Source: Calditrichales bacterium
GTDB lineage: Bacteria; Calditrichota; Calditrichia; Calditrichales; J004
Direction: 5' to 3'
DNA length: 64,000 nt
Assembly (NCBI GenBank): GCA_965267575.1
Contig: OZ254086.1
Location: 448,001-512,000 of the forward strand
Shown: in pieces, positions 47,921 through 57,582 of the stretch
How positions within the stretch are numbered: position 1 is the first letter of the stretch
Layout of the letters: the number at the start of each line of letters is the position of its first letter
Made by a program: the position numbers and the translations under genes
Notes under the pieces: generated by a model
The model's input: only the letters and a program-made list of their open reading frames with translations
What the model was told of the DNA's origin: nothing
Database searches by the model: none

Positions 47921-49507
47921 TTATGCGGCTTTATTTTCATCCGGCAAGCTTAATTCTTTTTTGTTTCTATGGTCGTATACTTTGAATTCCCCGATTTCCA
48001 GGTCGTCATTTTTATGCAACGTAATTTTCATCCAGTACTTCCACATCAACCTAAGGCGTTTGTTGTAGCGCCCTTTCAGCAGATGGTTATACATTTCCGG
48101 CGTAACGTGTATGGTAATGCGGCGATCGCCATTTAGCGCGCGGTAGCGTTGAATCCAGCGTTCCAGGCGCGATACGGCATTGGCCACCGTGGGAACAAGC
48201 CCTTTGCCCTCGCAATGCGGACATGGTTCGTACATGGAATGTATCACCCCGGAGCGTGATCGCTGACGGGTCATCTCCACCAGGCCAAAGCGGCTCATAT
48301 CCTCTATTTTAGTGATCGCGCGGTCTTTGGCAAACTCCTTCTTAAGCTCCAGAACAATCTTACGCTTGTTCTCTTCCTCAAGCACATCGATGAAGTCAAT
48401 TACCATCAGGCCGCCTATATCACGCAGACGTACCTGGCGGGCAATCTCCCGCGAGGCCTCCAGGTTGATCTTCAGCGAGTTGCTTTCATGGTCTTTGCGC
48501 CCGATAAATTTGCCGCTGTTAATGTCAATCGATATCAACGCCTCCGTCGGCTGGATGACAATGTAGCCGCCATTATTAAGCCATACTTTTGACTCGGTCA
48601 GTTTGGCGATCTCTTTTTCCACATCAAAATGGTCAAAGATAGGCATCTTGCCCTTGTAGTAATTGATCTTGTGAACCAGTTGTGGCGATACGTCTTTCAC
48701 ATAATCGCCAATCTCTTTCATCATGCGCCGTGAATCGACATGTATCTGGTTCACATCCGGGGTAAACAGATCGCGGATAACACTGGAAGCCATTGTCATG
48801 TCCTTGTAGATAAGACAGGGCCCCTGTTGCTCCTGGATATTCTCCTCCATTTTGCTCCATGTCTGAAGCAATTCCTGAAGGTCCTTTTTCAGGTCCTTCT
48901 CACTCTTGCCTTCGGCAACTGTACGGATAATAACCCCGAAATTGGGCGGCAAAAGCTGCCGTGCCAGATCTTTCAATCGGCGGCGTTCTTTGTGCTGGCT
49001 TATCTTGCGGGAAATCCCGATATGCTTTTGGTTGGGGATTAAAACGACAAATCGTCCGGCCACTGTAATGTCACTGGTTACGCGGCACCCTTTGGAGCTG
49101 ATTGGCTCCTTAACAATCTGCACCAGGATGTCCTGGCCTTTTTTCAACTCGCGCTCAACATCAAATCCGCGACGGTGAAATTTTTTCTTTTTACCGTTGC
49201 GGCGATCTCCGCGCTTATTGTTTTGGCCATTGTCATCATCATCTTCATCATCTTCCTCGTCCGCAAAAAAATCCTGAAAACCGGCGCTAACGTCCGAGAA
49301 ATGCAGAAACGCGTTCTGCTCATGACCAATGTCGATAAAGGCGGCTTTCATCCCGGGTAAAACCCGGCTTACTTTTCCTTTATAGATGTCGCCCACCATG
49401 CGCTCGTGTTCCGGGGCTTCTACAAATAACTCAACAACCCGTCCGTCTTCACGGATTACAACACGCGTCTCTTCATTGGTCGCGTTAATAATAATATCCT
49501 TTTCCAT
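47921..49507 (-). CDS. rng: Rne/Rng-family ribonuclease (RNase G-sized)
   Basis: GDIYKG..AAFIDIG, IDINSG, RLRDIGG..IDFID, MTRQR, CPHCEG. Confidence 0.92.
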   Translation of the reverse strand: MEKDIIINATNEETRVVIREDGRVVELFVEAPEHERMVGDIYKGKVSRVLPGMKAAFIDIGHEQNAFLHFSDVSAGFQDFFADEEDDEDDDDNGQNNKRGDRRNGKKKKFHRRGFDVERELKKGQDILVQIVKEPISSKGCRVTSDITVAGRFVVLIPNQKHIGISRKISQHKERRRLKDLARQLLPPNFGVIIRTVAEGKSEKDLKKDLQELLQTWSKMEENIQEQQGPCLIYKDMTMASSVIRDLFTPDVNQIHVDSRRMMKEIGDYVKDVSPQLVHKINYYKGKMPIFDHFDVEKEIAKLTESKVWLNNGGYIVIQPTEALISIDINSGKFIGRKDHESNSLKINLEASREIARQVRLRDIGGLMVIDFIDVLEEENKRKIVLELKKEFAKDRAITKIEDMSRFGLVEMTRQRSRSGVIHSMYEPCPHCEGKGLVPTVANAVSRLERWIQRYRALNGDRRITIHVTPEMYNHLLKGRYNKRLRLMWKYWMKITLHKNDDLEIGEFKVYDHRNKKELSLPDENKAA

Positions 49508-50008
49508 GGGCTCTTTCCTAAATCATCATACTGTTAAAAACTGTCCGCAAAAGGAAACAGCAATCCGTAATAAGCTGTGAGCCATATTTTTAGAATAAGG
49601 AAAGTGGTAAGATTTTCAGGTGGGTCGTGAAAGGTTTATTGTTTTTCTTGTGCTTCAAAGATAAAAGAGAAACTTTCTATTACGCCAATTTGATTATCGG
49701 GGGCGCGATGCTCTGCCAGGCAGGACCGACGCTGCAATAATAAACCGGCTTTTTGCTTTTCAATCAACTGCGGGGTTGACACCTCTGACACGATCCGATC
49801 CACATTCACTTATTTTATGGCCCGCATTTTTCAACACTTATACCGGATTCAATTAATAATATGCTGCTTTAAACAGAACTCCTTTCTTTTTAAATTAAAA
49901 ACCGTGCGGGAATTTTTAGAAAACTTCCGCTTTTATTGAATTGGTAAATGTAGTAAAAAGAATACTCAAAAGGCAACCAAATTATAATTGGTCAACAATC
50001 GAGGTTTT

Positions 50009-50332
50009 ATGACGAAACAGGAATTACTTAATTCCGGCTTTAAGCACTTTGCTAAAAGGGAATATGAAAAAGCACGGGATTTCTTTGAGCAGGCCTTAAA
50101 AATGGATGATGGCTTTGAAGCGGCTTACAGCGCACTGGCCGAAAGCTATAACCGTGAAGGAAAAGTAGATGAAGCTATCGTGGTTGTAAAAAAGTGGATT
50201 GAGATTAGCCCAAAGGACGCACTTGCCCACACTGCCCTTTCACGCCTTTATGTGCAAAAAGGGATGATTCAGGAAGCCGAAGATGAAATGGCCATCTCCA
50301 ACAGGCTGTCCCAGGAGAACTCCGGTTTATGA
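50009..50332 (+). CDS. Small TPR protein
   Basis: TPR-like helices (AYSALAESY, AHTALSRLY). Confidence 0.8.
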   Translation: MTKQELLNSGFKHFAKREYEKARDFFEQALKMDDGFEAAYSALAESYNREGKVDEAIVVVKKWIEISPKDALAHTALSRLYVQKGMIQEAEDEMAISNRLSQENSGL

Positions 50333-50910
50333 CGCGCAGCGATCACTGGCATGAACGTTGTGCTGTTTTTAAAGCCGACAGCGTTAACCCGGCACGCTCT
50401 GTCTTCCTGGGTGATTCCATCACTGAAGAGTTTCCCTTACATACCTTTTTCCCAAATCAAAAACCGGCCAACCGCGGCATCTCCGGCGACCATATCGACG
50501 GGCTGATTGAACGGCTGGATTTGTCACTGGGGCAGATTGATCCGCAACGCGTCTTTATAATGATCGGCATAAACGACGTTGGTGAACGCCGCGGGGATAC
50601 GATCATTACAGAGCGTTATTGCCGGCTTTTTGATTTGGTCCGCGCCAAGCTCCCGGCGGCTGACGTATTGGTCCAGGGCCTGCTTCCCGTTGATACACGC
50701 TACTTCCCGCACGATCCCGCCCAGATTTTGCGGCTCAATCTTTTTCTGGAGGACGAATGCAGAAACCGCGACTTTTCATTTATGAACATGTACCCTGTTT
50801 TTAAAGATAATGCCGGGCACCTGAATAACGATTATACGGAAGACGGGCTGCATCTGAATAATCGCGGATATGCCGTTTGGGCGCAGCAAATTGAGCACAT
50901 TGTAGTATGA
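50329..50910 (+). CDS. SGNH/GDSL hydrolase
   Basis: FLGDSIT, NRGISGD, GIND, DGLH. Confidence 0.93.
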   Translation: MTRSDHWHERCAVFKADSVNPARSVFLGDSITEEFPLHTFFPNQKPANRGISGDHIDGLIERLDLSLGQIDPQRVFIMIGINDVGERRGDTIITERYCRLFDLVRAKLPAADVLVQGLLPVDTRYFPHDPAQILRLNLFLEDECRNRDFSFMNMYPVFKDNAGHLNNDYTEDGLHLNNRGYAVWAQQIEHIVV

Positions 50911-51815
50911 GCGATAAAACAATCAAACCTTTTAAAATAGTTTTTACGGATTCCGGGCTGGGTGGCATTTCCGTTATGGCCGACTTCTATAACAAGCTGC
51001 ACTATGACAGCATTTATACGGGACGCCACCATTTTGATCTCGTTTTTTTCAACGCGCTGCCGGAAAACGGCAAGGGCTATAATACCATGCCTTCACAGGA
51101 GCAAAAGGTCAGCGTTTTTAACAACGCGCTTAAAGTACTTCAACGAAGGCACAGTGCGGATCTTATCGCCCTTGCCTGCAATACGCTTTCAGCCATTTAC
51201 CCGCATACCGACTTTGCCGGCAGTAACCGCGTTTCTCTATTGGAGATCGTGTCCGTCGGGCGCGGCCAGATAGCGCTGCAACACGAAAAATACCCGGCCG
51301 ATCCCATATGCATTATGGCTACGCCGACAACGATAGCTTCGGCTGCTTACCACACGGCGGATACAAATACGCTTCTGATCTCCGGTGAAAGGCTGGCATC
51401 GGAGATCGAACTGGATGACAAAAGCCCGGCCATTGCCGATATCCTGGCCCGCGTGTTTGATAAAATCGCCCAAAACCTGAACGGCAAAAGGGACATTACG
51501 CTGTTTTTGGGTTGCACGCATTACGGCTACATCCAGGAAGAAATGCTGCGTTTATCTTCGAAATACGATTTTAACATAACCCGCATAATTAACCCCAACC
51601 TCACCTTTACGCAGCAGCTTTTGCAAATGGCCCGGCTTCCAGAAGCGGAGCAGCAAGAATGGAGTGACCGGCCGCCGAAAATAGACATCCGGGTTGAGTC
51701 GCAAGCCGAGATCGATCCGCGCGAGCTTAGCAATATTTCACGGCTGATCGAGAAGAACGCGCCGCGGGTTGCCGAAGCACTGCAAAACTACACACGCCTG
51801 CCCAGAGAATTTTAG
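50907..51815 (+). CDS. Asp/Glu racemase-family protein (divergent MurI-like)
   Basis: DSGLGG, ACNT, LGCTHY. Confidence 0.8.
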   Translation: MSDKTIKPFKIVFTDSGLGGISVMADFYNKLHYDSIYTGRHHFDLVFFNALPENGKGYNTMPSQEQKVSVFNNALKVLQRRHSADLIALACNTLSAIYPHTDFAGSNRVSLLEIVSVGRGQIALQHEKYPADPICIMATPTTIASAAYHTADTNTLLISGERLASEIELDDKSPAIADILARVFDKIAQNLNGKRDITLFLGCTHYGYIQEEMLRLSSKYDFNITRIINPNLTFTQQLLQMARLPEAEQQEWSDRPPKIDIRVESQAEIDPRELSNISRLIEKNAPRVAEALQNYTRLPREF

Positions 51816-51879
51816 CCATTTGGATAAAACTTTCGGCCTTTTTAAGTTTGCGGCTTTGCACATTTTCACGGAGAAAATA

Positions 51880-52782
51880 ATGTTTATGCGATTGTTTTTA
51901 TTGCTGGCAGCGGGCCTGCTGCTGCACACGGCATGCACACCGAAGGTTGCTACGAAAGGCACGGAAGCTGAAAAGCCCGTTCCCGAAAAATCCTACTATT
52001 TTGAAGGCTTTGTCATCCGTGATGACGTACAACTTCGCCAGGCGCCAAGCGACGGAGCACCATCCATTGCAAGCCTGGATGACGGCAGCGCGGTCAATGT
52101 TATCCGCAATAAAAACGGCTGGTACGAAGTGCTTACCGTTAATAACCGCCAGGGCTGGGTGCGCAGCGATCTGATCGGGCCGGAAGAACTGAGTTTTGGA
52201 CGCCGCGCAAGCACCTTCAGCGACAGTATCCTGCAGGAATACAACAGCACCATGTACATAGACGAAAACCGGCCCTATGAAGTGATCTACCTGGTGCTGC
52301 CGGAAGATTATTACCAAAGCAAGGGTATGGCCCGGCGCCACGCGCAAAAAATAGGCGAGCACTATCAAAACCATGTATACCCGGGCGAGGTGGAAATACG
52401 CATCCTGGAAGCCGACGGCAAGGAGCTTTATACAAGGGCCATTATGCAAAAGAAAGAATCCGCCGGCTACCGCGCGCCCTTTTTGCGTTTTGGCCGCCTG
52501 CATGATATCTCGCTGAACAACGTCTCGGAGCTGGAAATGACCGTGCTGATTCCGCCGACGGTTACTGATGAAATCCTGCTGGCCATGGCCCGCGAAATCA
52601 GCCAGGGTTACGATTTGTCGATCAGCAAAATCGAGATCTATTTTGTTAATGAAAATGAAGCCGGTATGGCTTTTCTGGAAAGAGGAACAACCACGGGCGA
52701 AGGTAACGCGCCCTGCCGTCTATATTATCTGGAAGACGCGGCGGGAGAAGATTTCAAGTTCGATTACTGCAGCGCGCTGTGA
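51880..52782 (+). CDS. SH3b-domain lipoprotein
   Basis: Lipobox-like HTAC; VQLRQAPS..NGWYEV..QGWV. Confidence 0.8.
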   Translation: MFMRLFLLLAAGLLLHTACTPKVATKGTEAEKPVPEKSYYFEGFVIRDDVQLRQAPSDGAPSIASLDDGSAVNVIRNKNGWYEVLTVNNRQGWVRSDLIGPEELSFGRRASTFSDSILQEYNSTMYIDENRPYEVIYLVLPEDYYQSKGMARRHAQKIGEHYQNHVYPGEVEIRILEADGKELYTRAIMQKKESAGYRAPFLRFGRLHDISLNNVSELEMTVLIPPTVTDEILLAMAREISQGYDLSISKIEIYFVNENEAGMAFLERGTTTGEGNAPCRLYYLEDAAGEDFKFDYCSAL

Positions 52783-53762
52783 TCTTTGCGGCGCACAAGC
52801 AGGTAAACAAAAAAGGGCCCGCCCAGCAACGCCGTTATGATGCCGACCGGTAACTCGGCGGGAGCGATCACGGTGCGCGCGGCGCTGTCGCACAGGGCCA
52901 GAAAAACACCGCCACCCACCAGGCAGGCTGTAAACAGAACTTTGTGATCCGGCCCGAAAAGCAATCGCATAACATGCGGCACCACCAGGCCGACAAAACC
53001 GATAGGGCCGGACAAAGCTACGATAAAACCCACCAGCACCGATCCGCCGATAAAACCTACTTTTTGGATACGCCGGCCCTCTACGCCTTTGCTGAGCGCC
53101 ATTTCGTCGCCGGCCAGCAGGATGTTGAATGCCTTGTAATGCATCAGGAACCAGGCAAACAGTGGCAGCACCAGCAGCGCGAGAACAATCGGATAAGACC
53201 AGCCGGCCACATCCAGTGCGCCCATCATCCAGCGGATCATACGGTAGGTTTCTGTGAAATCGGCCATGTAATGGATAAACAGGTTCAGCGCGGAAAAGAA
53301 GAAGCTGATGGCCACGCCGGCAAGGATCAGCGTGTAAACGGAGATCATCCGGCCCCTGGCGGCGATGAAGTAGATGATGCCGATGGCCAGCAGGCTGCCG
53401 GCAATGGAAAAAAGGCTTACCGTGGAAAAGATAAACCAGCTGAACAGCAAATTGAGCTTCAAGGCGAGAACCGCCCCCAGCGCGCCGCCGGAAGAGACAC
53501 CCAACGTGTAAGGCGTGGCCAGGTCGTTACGCAGCAGCGCCTGAAAAACGGCCCCGATCAAAGCCAGGCCCGCGCCTACCCAAAAGGCGAAAAATACGCG
53601 CGGAAGACGTATCTGCCAGAAAATCTCAGCGTCCAGCGAAGACGCGTCACCAAAGACTTTGGAAAGATTAAGCGGCTGGCTGCCGATGAACGGCAAAAAC
53701 AGCATCAGCAATAAGGCGATCAGGAAAAAATAAGGAAGGCGGCGTTTTTGGGTTTGAGTCAT
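52764..53762 (-). CDS. FecCD/BtuC-family ABC permease
   Basis: IRLPR, LLRNDLATPYTLGVSSG, GPIGFVGLVVPH, ELPVG..GGPFF. Confidence 0.93.
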   Translation of the reverse strand: MTQTQKRRLPYFFLIALLLMLFLPFIGSQPLNLSKVFGDASSLDAEIFWQIRLPRVFFAFWVGAGLALIGAVFQALLRNDLATPYTLGVSSGGALGAVLALKLNLLFSWFIFSTVSLFSIAGSLLAIGIIYFIAARGRMISVYTLILAGVAISFFFSALNLFIHYMADFTETYRMIRWMMGALDVAGWSYPIVLALLVLPLFAWFLMHYKAFNILLAGDEMALSKGVEGRRIQKVGFIGGSVLVGFIVALSGPIGFVGLVVPHVMRLLFGPDHKVLFTACLVGGGVFLALCDSAARTVIAPAELPVGIITALLGGPFFVYLLVRRKDHSALQ

Positions 53763-53843
53763 ACGTTTTCCGGACTTAAAATGACAATATAATTAAACCT
53801 TACAAAACAGAACAATCACGGCAAACGAAAAAGGGAGGCATGA

Positions 53844-54893
53844 ATGCAACGGAGGGCGTTTATTCGCAATACGTTCTGGGCCGGTTTGCTGGCAGGTGCC
53901 GGACTTAAAGCTGCTCCATACAAACCGCAATCCAATCTGATAAAGCCGCCGGCGTTACGACATGGTGATACGGTAGGCCTGGTAACACCGGCGTCGTCGC
54001 TGTTTGAGCGCAAACGGACACTGATCGAAGCCACGGAGAAAATGGAAGGGCTTGGCTATAAGGTCAAAACCGGCAAACATATCTTCGCGCAGAACGGTTA
54101 CCTGGCCGGAAGCATCAAACAGCGTGTGGACGATCTGCACGACATGTTCCGCGATCCCTTTGTCAAAGCGATCATCGCCATACGCGGGGGGTACGGCAGC
54201 GGGCAGCTTTTGCCTTACCTGGATTATGAACTCATCCGTCAAAACCCGAAGATCATTCTCGGTTACAGCGATATTACCTCGCTGCATATCGGTATTTACC
54301 AGAAAACGGGCCTGGTGACTTTTCACGGGCCGGTAGCCATCTCCACGTTTACCGATTACACCCGTGACCTGATGCAGCGGCTACTGAGTGAGGCAAAACC
54401 ATTAGGGTTGATTGCCGATGCCCCCTACGAAGACAATCTGCAAAAAAGCGCGCGTATATTAACACTGCGCGGCGGCCGGTCCGAAGGAAAACTGATGGGC
54501 GGAAACATGACCCTGATGCAGGCCACGCTGGGAACACCATGGGAGTTCGACAGCGACGACTCTATTCTGTTTTTCGAGGAAGTGGGAGAGCAACCTTACG
54601 ACATTGACCGCATTCTGAACCACATGAAAATGGCCGGCAAGTTTGATCGCTGTAAAGGCGTTATCTTCGACAAAATGCCTTCGGTGCGGCCGGGAGATGA
54701 CGCGGCGTTTAACCGCAATCTCAGCCTGGAAGAAGTGCTCGAGTTTCATCTTGGAGAATATGATTTTCCGGTTTGCCTGGGCTTTTCGCTGGGCCACATA
54801 AAAAACAAGCCGACAATGCCGTTAGGCATCCGCGCTGAGCTGGACGCCGATAAGGCGACACTGAATATAACCGAATCCGCAGTGCTGGAATAA
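53844..54893 (+). CDS. S66 LD-carboxypeptidase with twin-arginine signal
   Basis: QRRAFI; RGGYG, GYSDIT, FHGP, FFEEV, LGH. Confidence 0.9.
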   Translation: MQRRAFIRNTFWAGLLAGAGLKAAPYKPQSNLIKPPALRHGDTVGLVTPASSLFERKRTLIEATEKMEGLGYKVKTGKHIFAQNGYLAGSIKQRVDDLHDMFRDPFVKAIIAIRGGYGSGQLLPYLDYELIRQNPKIILGYSDITSLHIGIYQKTGLVTFHGPVAISTFTDYTRDLMQRLLSEAKPLGLIADAPYEDNLQKSARILTLRGGRSEGKLMGGNMTLMQATLGTPWEFDSDDSILFFEEVGEQPYDIDRILNHMKMAGKFDRCKGVIFDKMPSVRPGDDAAFNRNLSLEEVLEFHLGEYDFPVCLGFSLGHIKNKPTMPLGIRAELDADKATLNITESAVLE

Positions 54894-54961
54894 AGAAACA
54901 AATTTTGGCTTTGTCTATATAACAGTGTACATTTGCAATCGCAATTAACAGCGGAGAAAGC

Positions 54962-55246
54962 ATGGAATTTTTACTTGTACCTTTATTTTTTGCAGCCGCC
55001 CTGATTTTGCTGAATATCGGCAAGTTTATAGGCGGCAGACAGCTTCAGAACAGCTGTTCGGCGGGTAAGCACCTGCACCAGAAGGGACATGATGATGCTT
55101 CTTGCGGCGCCTGTGACAATGAAGATGTAAAATTTTACCTGAGCAAAGATGACGACGGACTTGATAAAGTGGCCAGCCTGGGCTACCCGGGACGCGATAA
55201 GCGTTTTATCGACAAACTGGATTTCAAGCCGGACCGTTTTAAATAA
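54962..55246 (+). CDS. NqrM/DUF539-like small Cys-containing membrane protein
   Basis: N-terminal TM then LQNSCS..SCGAC; apbE nearby. Confidence 0.55.
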   Translation: MEFLLVPLFFAAALILLNIGKFIGGRQLQNSCSAGKHLHQKGHDDASCGACDNEDVKFYLSKDDDGLDKVASLGYPGRDKRFIDKLDFKPDRFK

Positions 55247-55273
55247 TCGGGTTCAGGAAATAATTTTAAAAAG

Positions 55274-55301
55274 AAAAGGCTCCTTTGCGGAGCCTTTTTT
55301 T
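55274..55301 (+). terminator. Intrinsic terminator
   Basis: aaaaggctcc-tttgc-ggagcctttttt. Confidence 0.85.
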
Positions 55302-55388
55302 ATGGTCTGAATCTTTATGCGCTTTTCTCAGGCGAAGTAGTATTTTTATGCCAACAGCGTGGTTATCTTAAAGCAACAAAGGTGGTAT

Positions 55389-56273
55389 ATGCTAAAAATA
55401 ATGTGCTTAATTTCGATCGCAACGGGGCTTGCAGCCCAGGATTTTGAACCGGAAGACTTTTTTCCTTTTCATATAGGGGATATTTGGGAATACTCAACGG
55501 ACAGCGGACTAGAAAGACGAGAGCTTATCAGGGATTCAGTAGCAACTGAAGGCCATTATTTATTTATTAAAGGTCACACTTTTATTCCTGACGAGACATT
55601 GCCCGACTATTTAATTGATACGAGCCTATATGTTACAAGAAATCCATTTAACCCATTGTCCTGGGTCAATATCAAAAAGTATAAACTGGACGCGGATTCA
55701 GGTGATACCTGGCTGACGTATGCAGATACAAGTGGCCAGGAACGCGCGGTATTGAGAGACACCTATTGGTCATACGTTTTGGGCGCGATGACTGTGGTTA
55801 AGGAAATAGATTACTATGGGCAACAGTTGGGCGATACGAGCTTATGGGGCTCATTCATAGAAACAGATCATATTGCTGCCGGATTTGGCTTTATTTTTAG
55901 ATATAAAGAAGCAGACCATTGGCCATCTTATATAATCAGCGGCAGCGTGATTAACGGAGACACATCGGGAACCATAACCTCGCTTGAACAAGTTTCTAAA
56001 GCTGTACCCAAAGCATTTACACTTAAACAAAACTATCCCAATCCGTTTAATCCATTAACGACGATCGAATTTGAATTAGCCCGGAAAGAACAGATTGAGC
56101 TGGGCGTGTTTAATATGCTTGGCCAAAAAGTGGCAATTCTTGCTTTGGGTGAATATCCTCCGGGCACATATAAATTTGAATTTGATTCAAGCTATCTGTC
56201 ATCCGGTGAATATATTTATTACTTGAAGTCAAAAAGCCAAACGCTAACCGGGCGGATGATATTGATAAAATGA
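55389..56273 (+). CDS. Secreted protein with C-terminal T9SS/Por-type sorting domain (AT-rich)
   Basis: Signal peptide; FFPFHIGDIWEY; LKQNYPNPFNP..FNMLGQKV..LSSGEYIY..MILIK. Confidence 0.85.
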   Translation: MLKIMCLISIATGLAAQDFEPEDFFPFHIGDIWEYSTDSGLERRELIRDSVATEGHYLFIKGHTFIPDETLPDYLIDTSLYVTRNPFNPLSWVNIKKYKLDADSGDTWLTYADTSGQERAVLRDTYWSYVLGAMTVVKEIDYYGQQLGDTSLWGSFIETDHIAAGFGFIFRYKEADHWPSYIISGSVINGDTSGTITSLEQVSKAVPKAFTLKQNYPNPFNPLTTIEFELARKEQIELGVFNMLGQKVAILALGEYPPGTYKFEFDSSYLSSGEYIYYLKSKSQTLTGRMILIK

Positions 56274-56574
56274 TTTTTACAACTTTGTCTTGATCAGGTT
56301 CTGGGAAATTTATGTCTGGTAAGGGGCTAAGCCTCCGCGCCCTCAGTGGGCTTTTTACTGCTCTCGTAGGGAGATCCCGGTGTTGGCTGCCCACCAAACC
56401 CCATAAAAGACATCTGGACAGGCCGGATGACAGGCACTTGTTCCCGCCTTTTGCCGAGAATAATCACGGTCACCACCAAATCGTGCTTTTCCGGATTCCC
56501 CGATCGGAGCCGGGAATGCCATTGCGCTTGTACAATGGTTGCGCGACATGAATGTCGCGTAACACAATAATTTC

Positions 56575-57582
56575 TTACTCATCCGCCACAAACTTCATAA
56601 ACCCGGAACTGACCACTTCGCGGAAGACGTCATCTTCGCGCAGGATGATCAGCGTCTCCACATCGGGTTTGGACTCCACCCAGGAGAGGCCGCGTTCTTC
56701 ACCCATCACCATAATGGCGGTCGCCATGGCATCGGCCAGCGTGCAATTTTCCGCAAGGACGGTTACGGAAGTTACACCGTTGCGCACGGGCCGCCCGGTC
56801 TGCGGATCGAGCGTGTGTGAATAAAGTGTATCCTTTGCAATGAAGTAATTGCGGTAATCGCCGCTGGTGGCAATGGCCCTGTCAGATAAAGCAAGTATGT
56901 GCTGTAACTGACGCTCCAGCCCGGAAGACGGCCGGTCCACACCTACGCGCCAGGCGTCGCCAAAGCGCGTACCCGCCAGCACCATTTCCCCGCCGATCTC
57001 CACAAGGAAATCGCTGTAACCTCTTTTACGCAAAAGCTGCGCCACCGCGTCCACTCCGTAACCTTTAGCCACGGCGCTTAAATCCAATTCCAGTGCGGCG
57101 TGTTTTTTCAGGATCGTATTATTGGCGATTTCCAGTTTATCCATGCCGATGCTTTGCAGCAACAGGGCGATGCTGTCGGCAGGCGGCGGGTCAATCCGGT
57201 CACCTTTTTTGCCAAAGCCCCACAGGTCCACCAGCGGTGCAATCGTGGCATCAAATGCGCCGCCGGATTCCACGTAAACCTGGCGCGATACACGCAGCAC
57301 ATCGCGGAAGCCGTTGGATATTTTAAACGCGCTTTCGGCAGGCAGGCGGTTGAAGCGCGAGATCTCGCTCTCCCTGATGTAGGTCGACATCTGCCAATTG
57401 ACGTCTTCCAAAAGGCTGTCAATGGATGATTGCAGGGCGGCTTTATCCGCATTGGTCGTTGTAGCGATCTTTATTGAGTAGGTGGTGCCCATGGTTTCGC
57501 CCTGCATGGCAAGCGGCTCCGGTCCGGAGCAACCAAGCATCCAGCCGAAAAGGGCAATCACCGCAAAACTAATTTTTTTCAT
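56575..57582 (-). CDS. apbE: FAD:protein FMN transferase lipoprotein
   Basis: TMGT, SEISRFN, DLSAVAKGY.VD, EIGGE, ATSGDY, ADAMAT. Confidence 0.95.
   Translation of the reverse strand: MKKISFAVIALFGWMLGCSGPEPLAMQGETMGTTYSIKIATTTNADKAALQSSIDSLLEDVNWQMSTYIRESEISRFNRLPAESAFKISNGFRDVLRVSRQVYVESGGAFDATIAPLVDLWGFGKKGDRIDPPPADSIALLLQSIGMDKLEIANNTILKKHAALELDLSAVAKGYGVDAVAQLLRKRGYSDFLVEIGGEMVLAGTRFGDAWRVGVDRPSSGLERQLQHILALSDRAIATSGDYRNYFIAKDTLYSHTLDPQTGRPVRNGVTSVTVLAENCTLADAMATAIMVMGEERGLSWVESKPDVETLIILREDDVFREVVSSGFMKFVADE

Noticed and set aside
49635-49810. ~57-codon GTG ORF in the Rne/Rng upstream region
   Set aside because: No SD and no recognisable protein features.
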